Shown: positions 18,150 to 28,093, counted from the first letter of the stretch. The stretch: 64,000 nucleotides of DNA from a bacterium (GCA_018654605.1 JABILG010000014.1:12626-76625); one strand, 5' to 3'. The notes: a model not told the origin generated them from the sequence alone. Numbers and translations are program-made.

Positions 18150-19853
18150 ATGAAAACCCTTAATTCTAAAAGAAATATTATTCTTTTATCCATATCTCTC
18201 TTCTTTTTCTTTTATATGACGGGCTTTAGTTTAAATTATTTAAATCCAAGAAATATTGATTGGATTTTTTTTCAAGGTAACGACGACGCATCAATTAGTT
18301 GGTTTGGATATGAGTACTTTCGATGGACTGATTTTTTTCAATACCCTATTCTAAACAACTATCTTTATGGACAAGAGCTTAATATCTCTCTTGTATACTC
18401 TGGATCAATACCAATTGTTTCGCTCATACTTAAACCTTTTGATAAAATATTAGGGTTCCCTTTTCAGTTCTTTGGAATATATCACTTAATTTGCTTGTTC
18501 TTACAAGCCTATTTCACTATTAAAATCTTAGACTTATTTGTTAAATGCCAAATTACTAAGTTTTTATTTGTATCTATAGTTCTTTTGAGCCCAATATTAC
18601 CTTTTAATTTATTAATAAATCACCTCGGTCTATTTGGGCATTGGATAATAATTGCTTCTATCTACTTATACTTAATCCCTCAATTCAAATATATACGATG
18701 GATAAGTTTACTAATACTTTCTCTTTTAACTATGGCTTATCTGTTTGCTATGATACTACCGATCTTTTTTGCAGACCTTTTTAGGAGAAGGTTAAACAAA
18801 GAGATTAACAACCATAATGTTTTCCTTTACTCTGTATATACTTTTTTATCTATAGGACTAATTTTTTTACTAATTGGCGTTGATACTAGCAATGAAACTT
18901 ACTCCTACTATCAGGGATACGGGAACTATAGGATGAATTTAAATTCTATTTTTGATCCTAGCGTATCTCTAGCAAACATAAATACTGATTCTTTTAATTT
19001 TTCTAAACTAATCCCAAATCTAACTGATACTACTAATATTAAGGGCTCTGGTGACTACGAGGGATTTAATTTTATTGGGACTTCGATGATATTGATAATA
19101 TTAACAACTATAATAAATTATAAAAAAAATCTTATTAAATTTACTAAAGAAAACTACTTACCAATTCTTATAGCTTGCCTATTTCTAGTCATTTTTGCAT
19201 TAAGTCATAAAGTAATACTGAATGATAGCTTACTTATAAGCTACCCACTTCCATCATTTGCTAAGAAACTTTTTGGTGTTTTTAGATCTTCTGGAAGATT
19301 TTTTTGGCCTGTTATGTATATAATAACTTTTTTTTCTTTTTATATTTTTTACAAATCCATAAATCCAAAAAAGATTATTGCAATTCTAATTATTATAATA
19401 TCTATTGGTTTTATTGATTCTTCCGAAGTTTACACACAAACAAGAGCGTTAAAATCATTCAACCTAAACTATAGTGGTCATACCTGGAAACAAATGCTTA
19501 AAGATCCCAAGTGGGAAGAGTTTGGAAAGTCCTACAATAGTATTAAGTATATTTATCCCGAAATGATGCCTATTGAAAACTATAGAGAAATAACATTATT
19601 TGCTGTTACAGAGGGTCTTTCGGTTAATGGTGGATATTTTGCTCGAATAAAGAAAAGCTCTTTAAGAAAAGTGAAAGCAGATCTAAAGCTTTCCTTAGAA
19701 GCATGTATCTTTGACCCAAGCTCTTTATATATATTTACAAGTAAAAAAAATTGGGAGAAAGCATCGCTATGTGATGCAAAAAATGAAACCTTTTTTATAG
19801 ACAATACATTCATAATTGCACCAACAAAGAGGGTTGCTGAAATTTTAAGATAG
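18150..19853 (+). CDS. Polytopic membrane protein of unknown function (567 aa; possibly GT-C-like)
   Basis: Many TM helices followed by a soluble C-terminal domain. I do not recognise a diagnostic motif. Confidence 0.6.
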   Translation: MKTLNSKRNIILLSISLFFFFYMTGFSLNYLNPRNIDWIFFQGNDDASISWFGYEYFRWTDFFQYPILNNYLYGQELNISLVYSGSIPIVSLILKPFDKILGFPFQFFGIYHLICLFLQAYFTIKILDLFVKCQITKFLFVSIVLLSPILPFNLLINHLGLFGHWIIIASIYLYLIPQFKYIRWISLLILSLLTMAYLFAMILPIFFADLFRRRLNKEINNHNVFLYSVYTFLSIGLIFLLIGVDTSNETYSYYQGYGNYRMNLNSIFDPSVSLANINTDSFNFSKLIPNLTDTTNIKGSGDYEGFNFIGTSMILIILTTIINYKKNLIKFTKENYLPILIACLFLVIFALSHKVILNDSLLISYPLPSFAKKLFGVFRSSGRFFWPVMYIITFFSFYIFYKSINPKKIIAILIIIISIGFIDSSEVYTQTRALKSFNLNYSGHTWKQMLKDPKWEEFGKSYNSIKYIYPEMMPIENYREITLFAVTEGLSVNGGYFARIKKSSLRKVKADLKLSLEACIFDPSSLYIFTSKKNWEKASLCDAKNETFFIDNTFIIAPTKRVAEILR

Positions 19854-19905
19854 AAAAGTTGCTAGTTTTAATTAAAAACTTCGTGTTTCATGATAGAGTT
19901 AGAAA

Positions 19906-20874
19906 ATGAGAATTTGCGAGATTATTTCTGATTCAAAATACAAGAGAACACTTATAACAATAGCAGAGAAACAAGGGGTCGTAGACTATTGGTGGTCATC
20001 AGAACTTGATGATGGACGTCAAGTCTTTACAATGGTTGTCACCAACGACTCAAGACAGTCTGTTTTAGATAGCTTGCAGATATTATTTGAATCTGATAAG
20101 AACGCTAAAATTCTCGTTCTTCCTGTTGATGCTTCGATACCTAGATTACAAGAAAACAATAACGAACAAAAAAAAGTAGATCAAAAAACAACAAGAGAAG
20201 AGCTTTATGAGAATGTTACGAAAGGTGTAGATCTCAATCTTAATTTCATACTAATGGTAATACTTTCAACTATAGTCGTTACCATTGGTCTTTCTGAGGA
20301 CAATGTGGCTGTTGTAGTTGGAGCTATGGTAATCGCACCCTTGTTAGGTCCAAATATAGCTTTATCTTTTGCTGCTTCCATAGGTAATAGGAATCTTATT
20401 TTTAAATCTTTAAATTCTATTGTTATTGGGATATTAATATCTATCACGTTTGGTTATCTAATTTCTACTATTTCAGAACTAAATTATCAAAGCAAGGAAA
20501 TTCTATCGAGGACCAACATAGGTATTGGTGATATTGTTTTAGCTTTAGCATCCGGAGCTGCTGCCGCACTATCAATGACAACTGGTATCTCTGCTGCATT
20601 AGTAGGAGTGATGGTATCAGTAGCACTCCTTCCTCCTGCAGCATCATTCTCTATTCTTATTGCAAATGGAGAATACAAGCTAGCATTTGGTGCGCTAATG
20701 CTATTGATAATAAATACTGTTTGCGTTCAACTTGCAGGAAATATTGTGTTCATTTCTCAAGGAATAAAAGCTAGGACTTTAAAAGAAAGAGACGATGCTA
20801 AGGGTGGACTTAAATACTTCATTCTTTTTTGGATTATTTCAATATCCCTATTAGTTTTAGTTTTATATTTATAA
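19906..20874 (+). CDS. DUF389 (TIGR00341-type) membrane protein
   Basis: Soluble N-terminal domain, then GLSEDNVAVVVGAMVIAPLLGPNIALSFA and repeated TM segments characteristic of DUF389. Confidence 0.7.
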   Translation: MRICEIISDSKYKRTLITIAEKQGVVDYWWSSELDDGRQVFTMVVTNDSRQSVLDSLQILFESDKNAKILVLPVDASIPRLQENNNEQKKVDQKTTREELYENVTKGVDLNLNFILMVILSTIVVTIGLSEDNVAVVVGAMVIAPLLGPNIALSFAASIGNRNLIFKSLNSIVIGILISITFGYLISTISELNYQSKEILSRTNIGIGDIVLALASGAAAALSMTTGISAALVGVMVSVALLPPAASFSILIANGEYKLAFGALMLLIINTVCVQLAGNIVFISQGIKARTLKERDDAKGGLKYFILFWIISISLLVLVLYL

Positions 20875-20875
20875 A

Positions 20876-21298
20876 CTATTTGTCCTTATAAATTAACTTA
20901 GGGGTATAAATTATATCGTTACTCCTTGTAAATAATGAATGATTAGAGTCCATTAACATAACAAACAATTCATTCTTTCCAACCCTCAACAAGTCTGCGG
21001 AAAGCTTATAAGTTTCTTCTGTAACCATAATCTTTTTTTTATTGTTAATTAGCAGTAAGATATGTCCTTCGTTTTTATTAATCTCAGAGGAATCATTTAA
21101 TGAAATCAACTTAAAATTACTTATTTTAAACTCAAGTAGATAAGTTGATAGGTTTTGATTATTCACTATAACATTTATAGCTGGATAAGGATGTGTCGCC
21201 TCAATCATCTTTCCATGACTATCATGAGAAAGAACAGAAGAGATAGGAAATAACACAATAAAGAGTGGTAGAAAAAAATAAAATACAAGTTTTCTCAT
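20876..21298 (-). CDS. Hypothetical secreted protein (140 aa)
   Basis: Signal peptide. No family recognised. Confidence 0.5.
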   Translation of the reverse strand: MRKLVFYFFLPLFIVLFPISSVLSHDSHGKMIEATHPYPAINVIVNNQNLSTYLLEFKISNFKLISLNDSSEINKNEGHILLLINNKKKIMVTEETYKLSADLLRVGKNELFVMLMDSNHSLFTRSNDIIYTPKLIYKDK

Positions 21299-21461
21299 TA
21301 CTTAATACTCTCAACCCACTCTTCGCCATAAAAGATAATAAAATATAAAAGTATGAAGAAAATTAAATATAAAAATTTCATATTAAAAAACTACTTATAA
21401 GAAGTATAAACATATTATATATCTTTAATATCGTATATCATATAACTAATAGTCAAAGATT

Positions 21462-22316
21462 ATGGTTAAAAATGTAATAATATTCACAGATTTAGATGGG
21501 ACCCTTCTAAATTTTAAAACTTTTGAATATAAAATTATTATGCCTTTTATTGAAAACTTGAATAAAAAAGGTGTTAGAATCATACCAAGTTCTAGCAAAT
21601 GTTTTCTTGAGATAGAGCATATTGTTAAAGAAATTGGTTTAAAGACTCCCTTTATAGTTGAAAATGGTTCTGCTATATATATTCCAAAAGAAACAATCTC
21701 GCAAATACCAACCAATGCAATAGATGAAAATAAATATTGGGTTCTCGAGTTGGGAACCGAAAGAGAGACAATAAATAAAAAAATTAGACAAAACGACTTT
21801 AAAGATTACATGAGATTTATTCTTTTTCTGAAAAATATGACAAAACTTCAACAATCTTACTATACTGGTCTAAAATCTGATGCGTTAAGTAGATCTCTTG
21901 ATAGAAGATATAGTGAACCTTTTATCTGGATGGGAAATAATGAGCATTTAAGCGAATTTAAAAAGAGCTTAAATGAAGAAGGTCTAAGTATCTTTTCTGG
22001 TGCGCGACTCAAACATCTAACTGGGCTAAACTCAAAAGGTGATGCAATGAGAGAATTACTGGCTCAGCCATCATTTCTGCAGACTATGAGCGTTGATAGC
22101 TCAGAAGACATAACAACAATTGCCTGTGGTGATAGCGAAAACGATCTTTCAATGTTGGAAATAGCAGATTATGCGATAGTTTTAAGACTACCAGGCAGGA
22201 ACCCGTTAAAACTTAAAAGAAAATCTAATTTCTTCAATTCAATAAAAGTTGCACCTGATGGGTGGAAAGAAACATTATTGGAACTAGATCTAATTAAAAA
22301 AAAATTAGATAGATAA
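21462..22316 (+). CDS. HAD-IIB phosphatase, mannosyl-/glucosyl-3-phosphoglycerate phosphatase (YedP/MpgP)-like
   Basis: IIFTDLDGTLL, RIIPSSSK, FIVENGSAIY and GDSENDLSMLEIADYAIVL. Confidence 0.65.
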   Translation: MVKNVIIFTDLDGTLLNFKTFEYKIIMPFIENLNKKGVRIIPSSSKCFLEIEHIVKEIGLKTPFIVENGSAIYIPKETISQIPTNAIDENKYWVLELGTERETINKKIRQNDFKDYMRFILFLKNMTKLQQSYYTGLKSDALSRSLDRRYSEPFIWMGNNEHLSEFKKSLNEEGLSIFSGARLKHLTGLNSKGDAMRELLAQPSFLQTMSVDSSEDITTIACGDSENDLSMLEIADYAIVLRLPGRNPLKLKRKSNFFNSIKVAPDGWKETLLELDLIKKKLDR

Positions 22317-22354
22317 GATTGCAACTCTATTTGGTTCATAAATTATAAAAAATA

Positions 22355-22858
22355 TTATGCAAATTCAGACTGTATCTGCTTGCACCAAGCTAATACTCGA
22401 TCTTCTGTAAGCTCAGGCTCATTATCATTGTCAATTCCAAGACCTACGAATTTATCTTCTTTCTGAGCTTTAGAGTAATCAAAACTATAGCCCTCGACAG
22501 GCCACTGTCCAATTGTAATAGCACCCTTTGCAGTAATTTTCTCCTCTAGTGTACCTAGCGCATCAAGAAAAGTTCCTGAGTAGACATGCTGGTCTCCGCA
22601 ACCAAAATAAGCAACTTTTTTATTTGAGAAATCTAATGTGTCAAGATCATCAAACTTTGACCTCCAATCTTCCTGTAAGAGACCTATGTCCCAAGTAGGA
22701 CACCCAATAATAATATTTTCGAATTCATTAATCTTATCCAAGGGCTCTTTGTAAATATCAAAAAGCTCGACTTCACATTCCTCTAGCGACTCCTGAATTA
22801 AATTAGCAACCTCTTCAGTTGCAGCACTTGTTGTTCCATAAAACAAACCAATTCTCAT
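22355..22858 (-). CDS. fldA: Long-chain flavodoxin
   Basis: IGLFYGTTSAATEEVA, GCPTWDIG and YFGCGDQ. Start moved to the ATG at 22858, which has a GAGGTG SD 6 nt upstream; the ORF track starts 3 codons earlier. Confidence 0.9.
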   Translation of the reverse strand: MRIGLFYGTTSAATEEVANLIQESLEECEVELFDIYKEPLDKINEFENIIIGCPTWDIGLLQEDWRSKFDDLDTLDFSNKKVAYFGCGDQHVYSGTFLDALGTLEEKITAKGAITIGQWPVEGYSFDYSKAQKEDKFVGLGIDNDNEPELTEDRVLAWCKQIQSEFA

Positions 22859-22951
22859 TTCTATCACCTCAATTCAATATGGACCTGAATGGTCCATATA
22901 TAAAATATACTCAAAAAAGATAAAAAACAAGTACATATTAAACTAAACTAA

Positions 22952-23098
22952 TTACAAATTTACTATTAGTATAGCTACAAATGAAAGTGCCAATAAAGTG
23001 TATGGAACTAGCCCGTTACCCAGAGATTCTAAGGGTTGCATTGATTTGTCGTACTTGGCTAAATATGCTGCCTTTGAATTTTGTTTTTGTCTTTTCAT
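22952..23098 (-). CDS. Small membrane protein (48 aa), absent from the ORF track
   Basis: My own translation gives MKRQKQNSKAAYLAKYDKSMQPLESLGNGLVPYTLLALSFVAILIVNL. A GGAGGT SD lies 7 nt upstream of the ATG. Basic N-terminus with one C-terminal TM helix. Confidence 0.5.
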   Translation of the reverse strand: MKRQKQNSKAAYLAKYDKSMQPLESLGNGLVPYTLLALSFVAILIVNL

Positions 23099-23249
23099 GA
23101 TTACTACCTCCGTTTATTTAATAGTAATGAATCCATATATGTTTGTCAAGGTTTTTTAATTAATTTGATACGAAAATCTGGACATAGTAGTAATAAACAA
23201 GTAATCAAGTAATATAGATAATTAAAATTGACCTAAAAAGGAGACTAAT

Positions 23250-23696
23250 ATGAAGAAAATACTTAGTACATTAATTTTTCTGATTTCATTTTCAAACTTA
23301 TCTTTAGCAAGTGAATGCAAGATAAACCTTGAAGCTAATGGTATGATGCAGTTCAGTACAAATACTATATCTATAGACTCAAGTTGTGAAAAATTTACAA
23401 TTAACCTAAAAAACACTGGTACCTTAGATGTTAACTTAGCTGGACACAATGTTGTAATTTCAAAGAAAGCTGACTTTAACTACTTAACATCCATTGTTAA
23501 CCCTTCTAATGGTATAGGTAATGGATACCTTCCTGATGATAAAAAAGTTATCTATAAAACTAAATTCTTAGGCCCTAATGAAACATTTTCTTTAATACTA
23601 GACACTAACAAGTTTGTTAAAGGTCAAGAATATATATTCTGGTGTAGTTTCTTAGGTCACTGGGGTGTAATGAATGGAACGATAACTTTAAGCTAA
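23250..23696 (+). CDS. azu: Azurin (type-1 blue copper protein)
   Basis: Signal peptide. The mature ECKINLEANGMMQFSTNTISIDSSCEKFTINL... aligns with P. aeruginosa azurin. The disulfide Cys pair and the Cu ligands are all present (AGHN His, FWCSF Cys, GHW His, VMNG Met). Confidence 0.9.
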   Translation: MKKILSTLIFLISFSNLSLASECKINLEANGMMQFSTNTISIDSSCEKFTINLKNTGTLDVNLAGHNVVISKKADFNYLTSIVNPSNGIGNGYLPDDKKVIYKTKFLGPNETFSLILDTNKFVKGQEYIFWCSFLGHWGVMNGTITLS

Positions 23697-24406
23697 AAAC
23701 TAAACTTGAGACCTATCAATGCGCTCATTGGATTCATTTCCATTGAGCCATAGGTTTCTTTACTTGAACCCCTAGCTAAATGAACTGATTTAACTATAGT
23801 ATTTTTCACTTCAGAATAAATTGAGATATAATTGTTTACACTATATTCAAGACCTAATATATATTGATATGTTGGATTAAATAGATCACTTGATGATTTA
23901 AAACCTAAGTTAGAGCTCGCCCTACTTCCGGTTATACCACTTTCATCTAAATCAACCTTCTCTGTTATACCAATTCCTAAGCCAAGATACAGGTTGGCTT
24001 TACCAAATTTTAGAAAATCAGGATAATAATGAGCATTAATCATAATTGTTCTTAGACTAATGTCACCACTTGTAGCTCTAATTGCAGTATCCGAAGTAAC
24101 TGAGTCTACATCGCAAACAATTTGGTCTATAGCAAGCTCAAAAGCAAAATTACGAAATCTATTTCCAGCAGCTATAGAAAAAGAGGATCCAGAATCATAT
24201 TTGAGGTCATATTTCGCTTGAGGGAATACGTTGTCAATTGCACCATCCCCAACACCTTGAGGTACGTTTTCGTTATCAGGTAAATGAACAATGCCGTATC
24301 CAATCTTTACATATGATTTATCTAATATAAGAGGCTTTTCTTCAAAAGAATTAGATGATAGCAATGGAAAAATAAAGAAAATTAATAATAACAATTTTTT
24401 ATACAT
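23693..24406 (-). CDS. Outer-membrane beta-barrel protein (OmpA-like transmembrane / porin family)
   Basis: Signal peptide, alternating beta-strand pattern and a C-terminal ...GLKFSF with terminal Phe. Confidence 0.6.
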   Translation of the reverse strand: MYKKLLLLIFFIFPLLSSNSFEEKPLILDKSYVKIGYGIVHLPDNENVPQGVGDGAIDNVFPQAKYDLKYDSGSSFSIAAGNRFRNFAFELAIDQIVCDVDSVTSDTAIRATSGDISLRTIMINAHYYPDFLKFGKANLYLGLGIGITEKVDLDESGITGSRASSNLGFKSSSDLFNPTYQYILGLEYSVNNYISIYSEVKNTIVKSVHLARGSSKETYGSMEMNPMSALIGLKFSF

Positions 24407-24795
24407 AGAGTCTCCGTTCTAACCTTAGAATATATCTGTAATCAGCTTATTATATAAAATAGAATACCAAGTGACAAGTAAAAAGACAAAAAGGGTGTCT
24501 TAGTTCTGCTGTAATAAAATCTTATTTAGTTGTAATATAATAAAATGAGGCCTATATGGACTACCCTATTCTTTATCTTTTTTACTATTCCTGTTTCTCT
24601 TTATTACAAAGAAATTTATAATTTCTTCATAAAGATACTAAATCTTATAAATAATTAGACTCCATTTAACTAAAGTTAAATGTTATTATAGAGTATGAAC
24701 TTTTTAAAAGATTTAATTGCTTTAATTCGACAGAAATATATCTCAAGTTTAATTATAATCTTGGGATTTCTTTTAATAATACTTGGTATTTAAAT

Positions 24796-25350
24796 ATGGT
24801 CGCAAAGATTCCACTATCCTTAACTTATCTAAGAATAATAATCATACCCTTTTTTGTCTTCGCCTTCTTTATTCCTGGTGAAATAGGAAAATGGTCAACA
24901 TGTGGAATATTTATCTTTGCTTGTCTAACTGATTATTTAGATGGCAAGCTTGCTCGATCTTTGGATCAAGAATCAAAACTAGGCGCACTATTAGATCCAA
25001 TAGCTGACAAAATAATTGTTGCGGTAGCTTTAATGCTTCTAATACATGATGAAACAATTAAGGATTTAACTTTATTTGCAGCTCTTATAATTATTAGTAG
25101 GGAGATCCTTGTTTCTGGCTTAAGAGAATTCCTTGCTTCATTGCAGATATCTCTACCAGTTTCAAGTCTTTCAAAGGCAAAAACCTTTGTTCAAATGTTT
25201 GCACTTTCAGTTTTACTATCTGGTGAACCTGGAAATGATTTCCTATATGGCTATGGAAGAGACCTGGGTTTGGCTTCGCTCTGGATAAGTGCAGTTATTA
25301 CTGTATATACCGGATATAAGTATCTTAGAAAGGGATTAAAGCATGTTTAA
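24796..25350 (+). CDS. pgsA: CDP-diacylglycerol--glycerol-3-phosphate 3-phosphatidyltransferase
   Basis: CDP-alcohol phosphatidyltransferase motif DYLDGKLAR...GALLDPIADK. Confidence 0.85.
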   Translation: MVAKIPLSLTYLRIIIIPFFVFAFFIPGEIGKWSTCGIFIFACLTDYLDGKLARSLDQESKLGALLDPIADKIIVAVALMLLIHDETIKDLTLFAALIIISREILVSGLREFLASLQISLPVSSLSKAKTFVQMFALSVLLSGEPGNDFLYGYGRDLGLASLWISAVITVYTGYKYLRKGLKHV

Positions 25351-26156
25351 AAGTTATTCTTGTCTTTTAACGATTGCAATAAACTATTAATTGATTTCAT
25401 CATTTCCGGGCTAAAGTTCATCATGTGATTGTCTGAAGTAAAGAAAGACGACTTTTGCGATTGAATCTTCTCAAAGATTTCTTTACCCATATAAAACGGG
25501 ACGATAGTATCTTCAAATCCATGCATAACTAAGATTGGACATTTAACTTCTCCAATTTTTGAAAGACTATTGAACTTATCTTTTAAAATTAAGTTCACTG
25601 GAAGAAAAGGAAACTTTATTTTTCCAACGTTTCCAATTGAAGTATATGGTGACTCTAGGATTAATCCCCCAACATTTCTTAATAGAGCTAAATTTACTGC
25701 CACACCAGTTCCAAGAGATTCCCCATATATAACAATATTTTCATCCGATACACCTAAAGTATTAAGATAGTCTAGTCCACCAATGCCATCCTGAGTTAGT
25801 CCACCCTCTGAAGGCTCACCTTTGTTTCCACTAAAGCCCCTCCATGTTACAGCAAGGTAATTTAAACCTAGCTCTTTGAATCTATTGAGCTTATAAATTC
25901 TGCTTTGAAGAGTTCCAGAGTTTCCATGCAAGAACAATATGGTTCGAGTATTATTTTGATTTATATAAAGATAAGACTCTAAGTAAAGGTGATCCGCCGT
26001 CCTCACATTTACTATTTTATTTTCAATATTTATAACTTCAGAAGTTAAATAATTCTCTTCGTTAGGCAAATAGAGAAAAGATTTCTGAAATAAGTAGAAA
26101 AAGATAACTACAAATAAGTAAATTGATAGAATTCCTAGAACTAAATACATTTTCAT
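25347..26156 (-). CDS. Alpha/beta hydrolase with N-terminal membrane anchor (Bem46/ABHD13-like)
   Basis: LFLHGNSG, nucleophile elbow GESLGTG, and downstream Asp/His positions (HGFEDTIVP, DNHM). Confidence 0.75.
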   Translation of the reverse strand: MKMYLVLGILSIYLFVVIFFYLFQKSFLYLPNEENYLTSEVINIENKIVNVRTADHLYLESYLYINQNNTRTILFLHGNSGTLQSRIYKLNRFKELGLNYLAVTWRGFSGNKGEPSEGGLTQDGIGGLDYLNTLGVSDENIVIYGESLGTGVAVNLALLRNVGGLILESPYTSIGNVGKIKFPFLPVNLILKDKFNSLSKIGEVKCPILVMHGFEDTIVPFYMGKEIFEKIQSQKSSFFTSDNHMMNFSPEMMKSINSLLQSLKDKNNF

Positions 26157-26284
26157 ATAAATATACTAATTATATCAATAATTGATTTCTATTACATTAT
26201 AAGTATATAATCAATTTATGAACTATTTACCTTTTTTAATTTTAGTAATGTCGCTAATGATTTCTTGTTCTTCATACAAGTAAA

Positions 26285-27067
26285 CTAGTAAGACTTGGGA
26301 TTAATTTTTGGTGATCCAAAATCACCCTCAACTCTATGACATAGGACTTCCCATCTACCCTCTTGTTGTAATTTTATCTCAAGATAGCCTGGATTTCTGT
26401 TGTCCAATTTAAACTTCTTCTCGTTAGAGGTAAACTGAATACTAGTCGACGGGGAAGATATAAAATCTATACCCTTGTATTGATTCCTGGTCTCCTGATG
26501 AACGTGTCCGTTTACAACAAGTTTCAGATTTCTCATTTTAGATAGTAGCTTAAGTGTTTTATCCCTATTTCTTGTTATATGCATATCAAGCCAAGGTGAA
26601 CCAGTTAAGAATAAATTGTGGTGCATATAGATTAAGAGATGCTTACCCTGAAGTAATATTGATTTTTTTATTAATAAATCTAAATCAGACTCTTTAACCT
26701 CACCAAATATATTTCCCTTGCTATATGTATTTAAAAAAAGAACTTCCCAATCTGAATTAGTTGAATTAACAAAATCATCTTCCTGAAGATTAATGAAGAA
26801 TTTATCAGAAATGTCATGATTACCTCTTGAAAAAAGCTTCGGAGATTTAATTCTTTTAATCTCAGATTCAAAAAAATTAAAAGATGCAATAGATTGATCC
26901 TGCACCAAGTCGCCACCAAAAACCACACAATCTGCATCACTATGGTTGACGACAATATTGTCGACGACTGCACTAAAAGAGTTAAAAGTATTAATTCCCA
27001 AAAAATCATCTTTGTGGACAAGATGCATATCAGAAAGGAAAATTATTTTAAGTTCTTTATAAATCAT
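26285..27067 (-). CDS. Metallophosphoesterase, CpdA-like cyclic nucleotide phosphodiesterase
   Basis: Calcineurin-like motifs LSDMHL, GGDLVQD, GNHD, MHH and GHVH. Confidence 0.75.
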   Translation of the reverse strand: MIYKELKIIFLSDMHLVHKDDFLGINTFNSFSAVVDNIVVNHSDADCVVFGGDLVQDQSIASFNFFESEIKRIKSPKLFSRGNHDISDKFFINLQEDDFVNSTNSDWEVLFLNTYSKGNIFGEVKESDLDLLIKKSILLQGKHLLIYMHHNLFLTGSPWLDMHITRNRDKTLKLLSKMRNLKLVVNGHVHQETRNQYKGIDFISSPSTSIQFTSNEKKFKLDNRNPGYLEIKLQQEGRWEVLCHRVEGDFGSPKINPKSY

Positions 27068-27111
27068 ATGATATAGAATTAAAACTAAACAAATATATTA
27101 TATCAGTTAGT

Positions 27112-27747
27112 ATGAAATTCATGAATAAATACATTGCTGAATTTTATGGAACCTTTTTACTTTTACTCTCTATTGTTGGAACCCCTTTTATAATGATAGG
27201 AATGGACGCACCAGAACATTTGACTCTTCTAGTTATTGCTATTGCTGCAAGCTCTATTCTTTTTTGTAATATAAGCTTGTTTATGAAAGTTTCTGGGGCC
27301 CATTTTAACCCGGCAGTATCATTAATGATGTTTCTTAGAGGAAATTTAACTTTTAAGGATCTTTCTATATATACTCTAATGCAAATATTAGGTGGAATTT
27401 CTGGAGTAATATGTGTTCATTTAATGTTTGGAGAAAATCCAATTACAATTTCTCAGATAGATAGATCAGGGACAAATATTCTACTTGGTGAGTTCATAGC
27501 AACTCTAGGACTCCTAATAGTAATAATACATGGTGAAAAATTTCTTCCTAATAGTCTTCCCATTCTTGTGGGTTCTTATATTTTATCTGCAACTTTCTTT
27601 ACATCTTCAACTTGTTTTGCTAATCCTGCTGTTACAATTTCAAGGCTTTTTACTAACTCTGGCGTGGGAATAGACTCAAGCTCTATAATTGTATTTCTAA
27701 TTGTTGAGATATTGGCAGTATTTGTAGTGTCAAAATCGATTGAATAG
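27112..27747 (+). CDS. MIP-family channel (aquaporin/glycerol facilitator-like)
   Basis: Two NPA boxes (HFNPAVS and ANPAVT) and six TM segments. Short at 211 aa. Confidence 0.85.
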   Translation: MKFMNKYIAEFYGTFLLLLSIVGTPFIMIGMDAPEHLTLLVIAIAASSILFCNISLFMKVSGAHFNPAVSLMMFLRGNLTFKDLSIYTLMQILGGISGVICVHLMFGENPITISQIDRSGTNILLGEFIATLGLLIVIIHGEKFLPNSLPILVGSYILSATFFTSSTCFANPAVTISRLFTNSGVGIDSSSIIVFLIVEILAVFVVSKSIE

Positions 27748-27749
27748 TT

Positions 27750-27977
27750 CTAATGTTTTGCGATAAGTGTTTTAAGTGATTGATCCATATCAGTATTTTC
27801 TTTAACAAATTCGACTGATGAACCAATTTTCGCACTTACGACATGAAAAGCAAGGGTTAAAGCCTTTGAATCTGTTATGCATTTGAAATAATCTAGCTTT
27901 CGCAACTCTTTCATTAACAAGTTTAAAGCCTGATTCTCTATATCTTTTTCACTCATGAAGCCCATAAGATGACACAA
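27750..27977 (-). CDS. Hypothetical small protein (up to 75 aa; start uncertain)
   Basis: ORF only. Candidate starts are GTG 27977, ATG 27965 and ATG 27956. No family recognised. Confidence 0.35.
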   Translation of the reverse strand: MCHLMGFMSEKDIENQALNLLMKELRKLDYFKCITDSKALTLAFHVVSAKIGSSVEFVKENTDMDQSLKTLIAKH

Positions 27978-28093
27978 ACCATTTAGCTTGTCAATAGTTT
28001 AATTAAAAAAAATATATAATTTTAATTGTTTTTATTCTTTTTATTTACTAAAATAAGAATGGATAAAAAAATGATAAAAAGGAGTGTTTCACA

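Noticed and set aside
26218-26283. 21-codon ORF (MNYLPFLILVMSLMISCSSYK) that looks like a lipoprotein signal peptide with only 5 residues after the Cys.
   Set aside because: It has no SD, the lipobox is weak (MISC), and it is extremely short. It is most likely chance or a decayed remnant. It cannot be supported from sequence alone.
26731-27021. 96-aa minus-strand ORF in an alternative frame of the metallophosphoesterase gene. Similar alternative-frame or antisense ORFs occur at 1554-1775, 4120-4594, 7854-8144, 12045-12296, 14487-15407, 20205-20678, 37118-37760, 37974-39263, 41100-41987 and 60931-62420.
   Set aside because: All are nested in genes with clear family motifs. None has its own SD or a recognisable domain.
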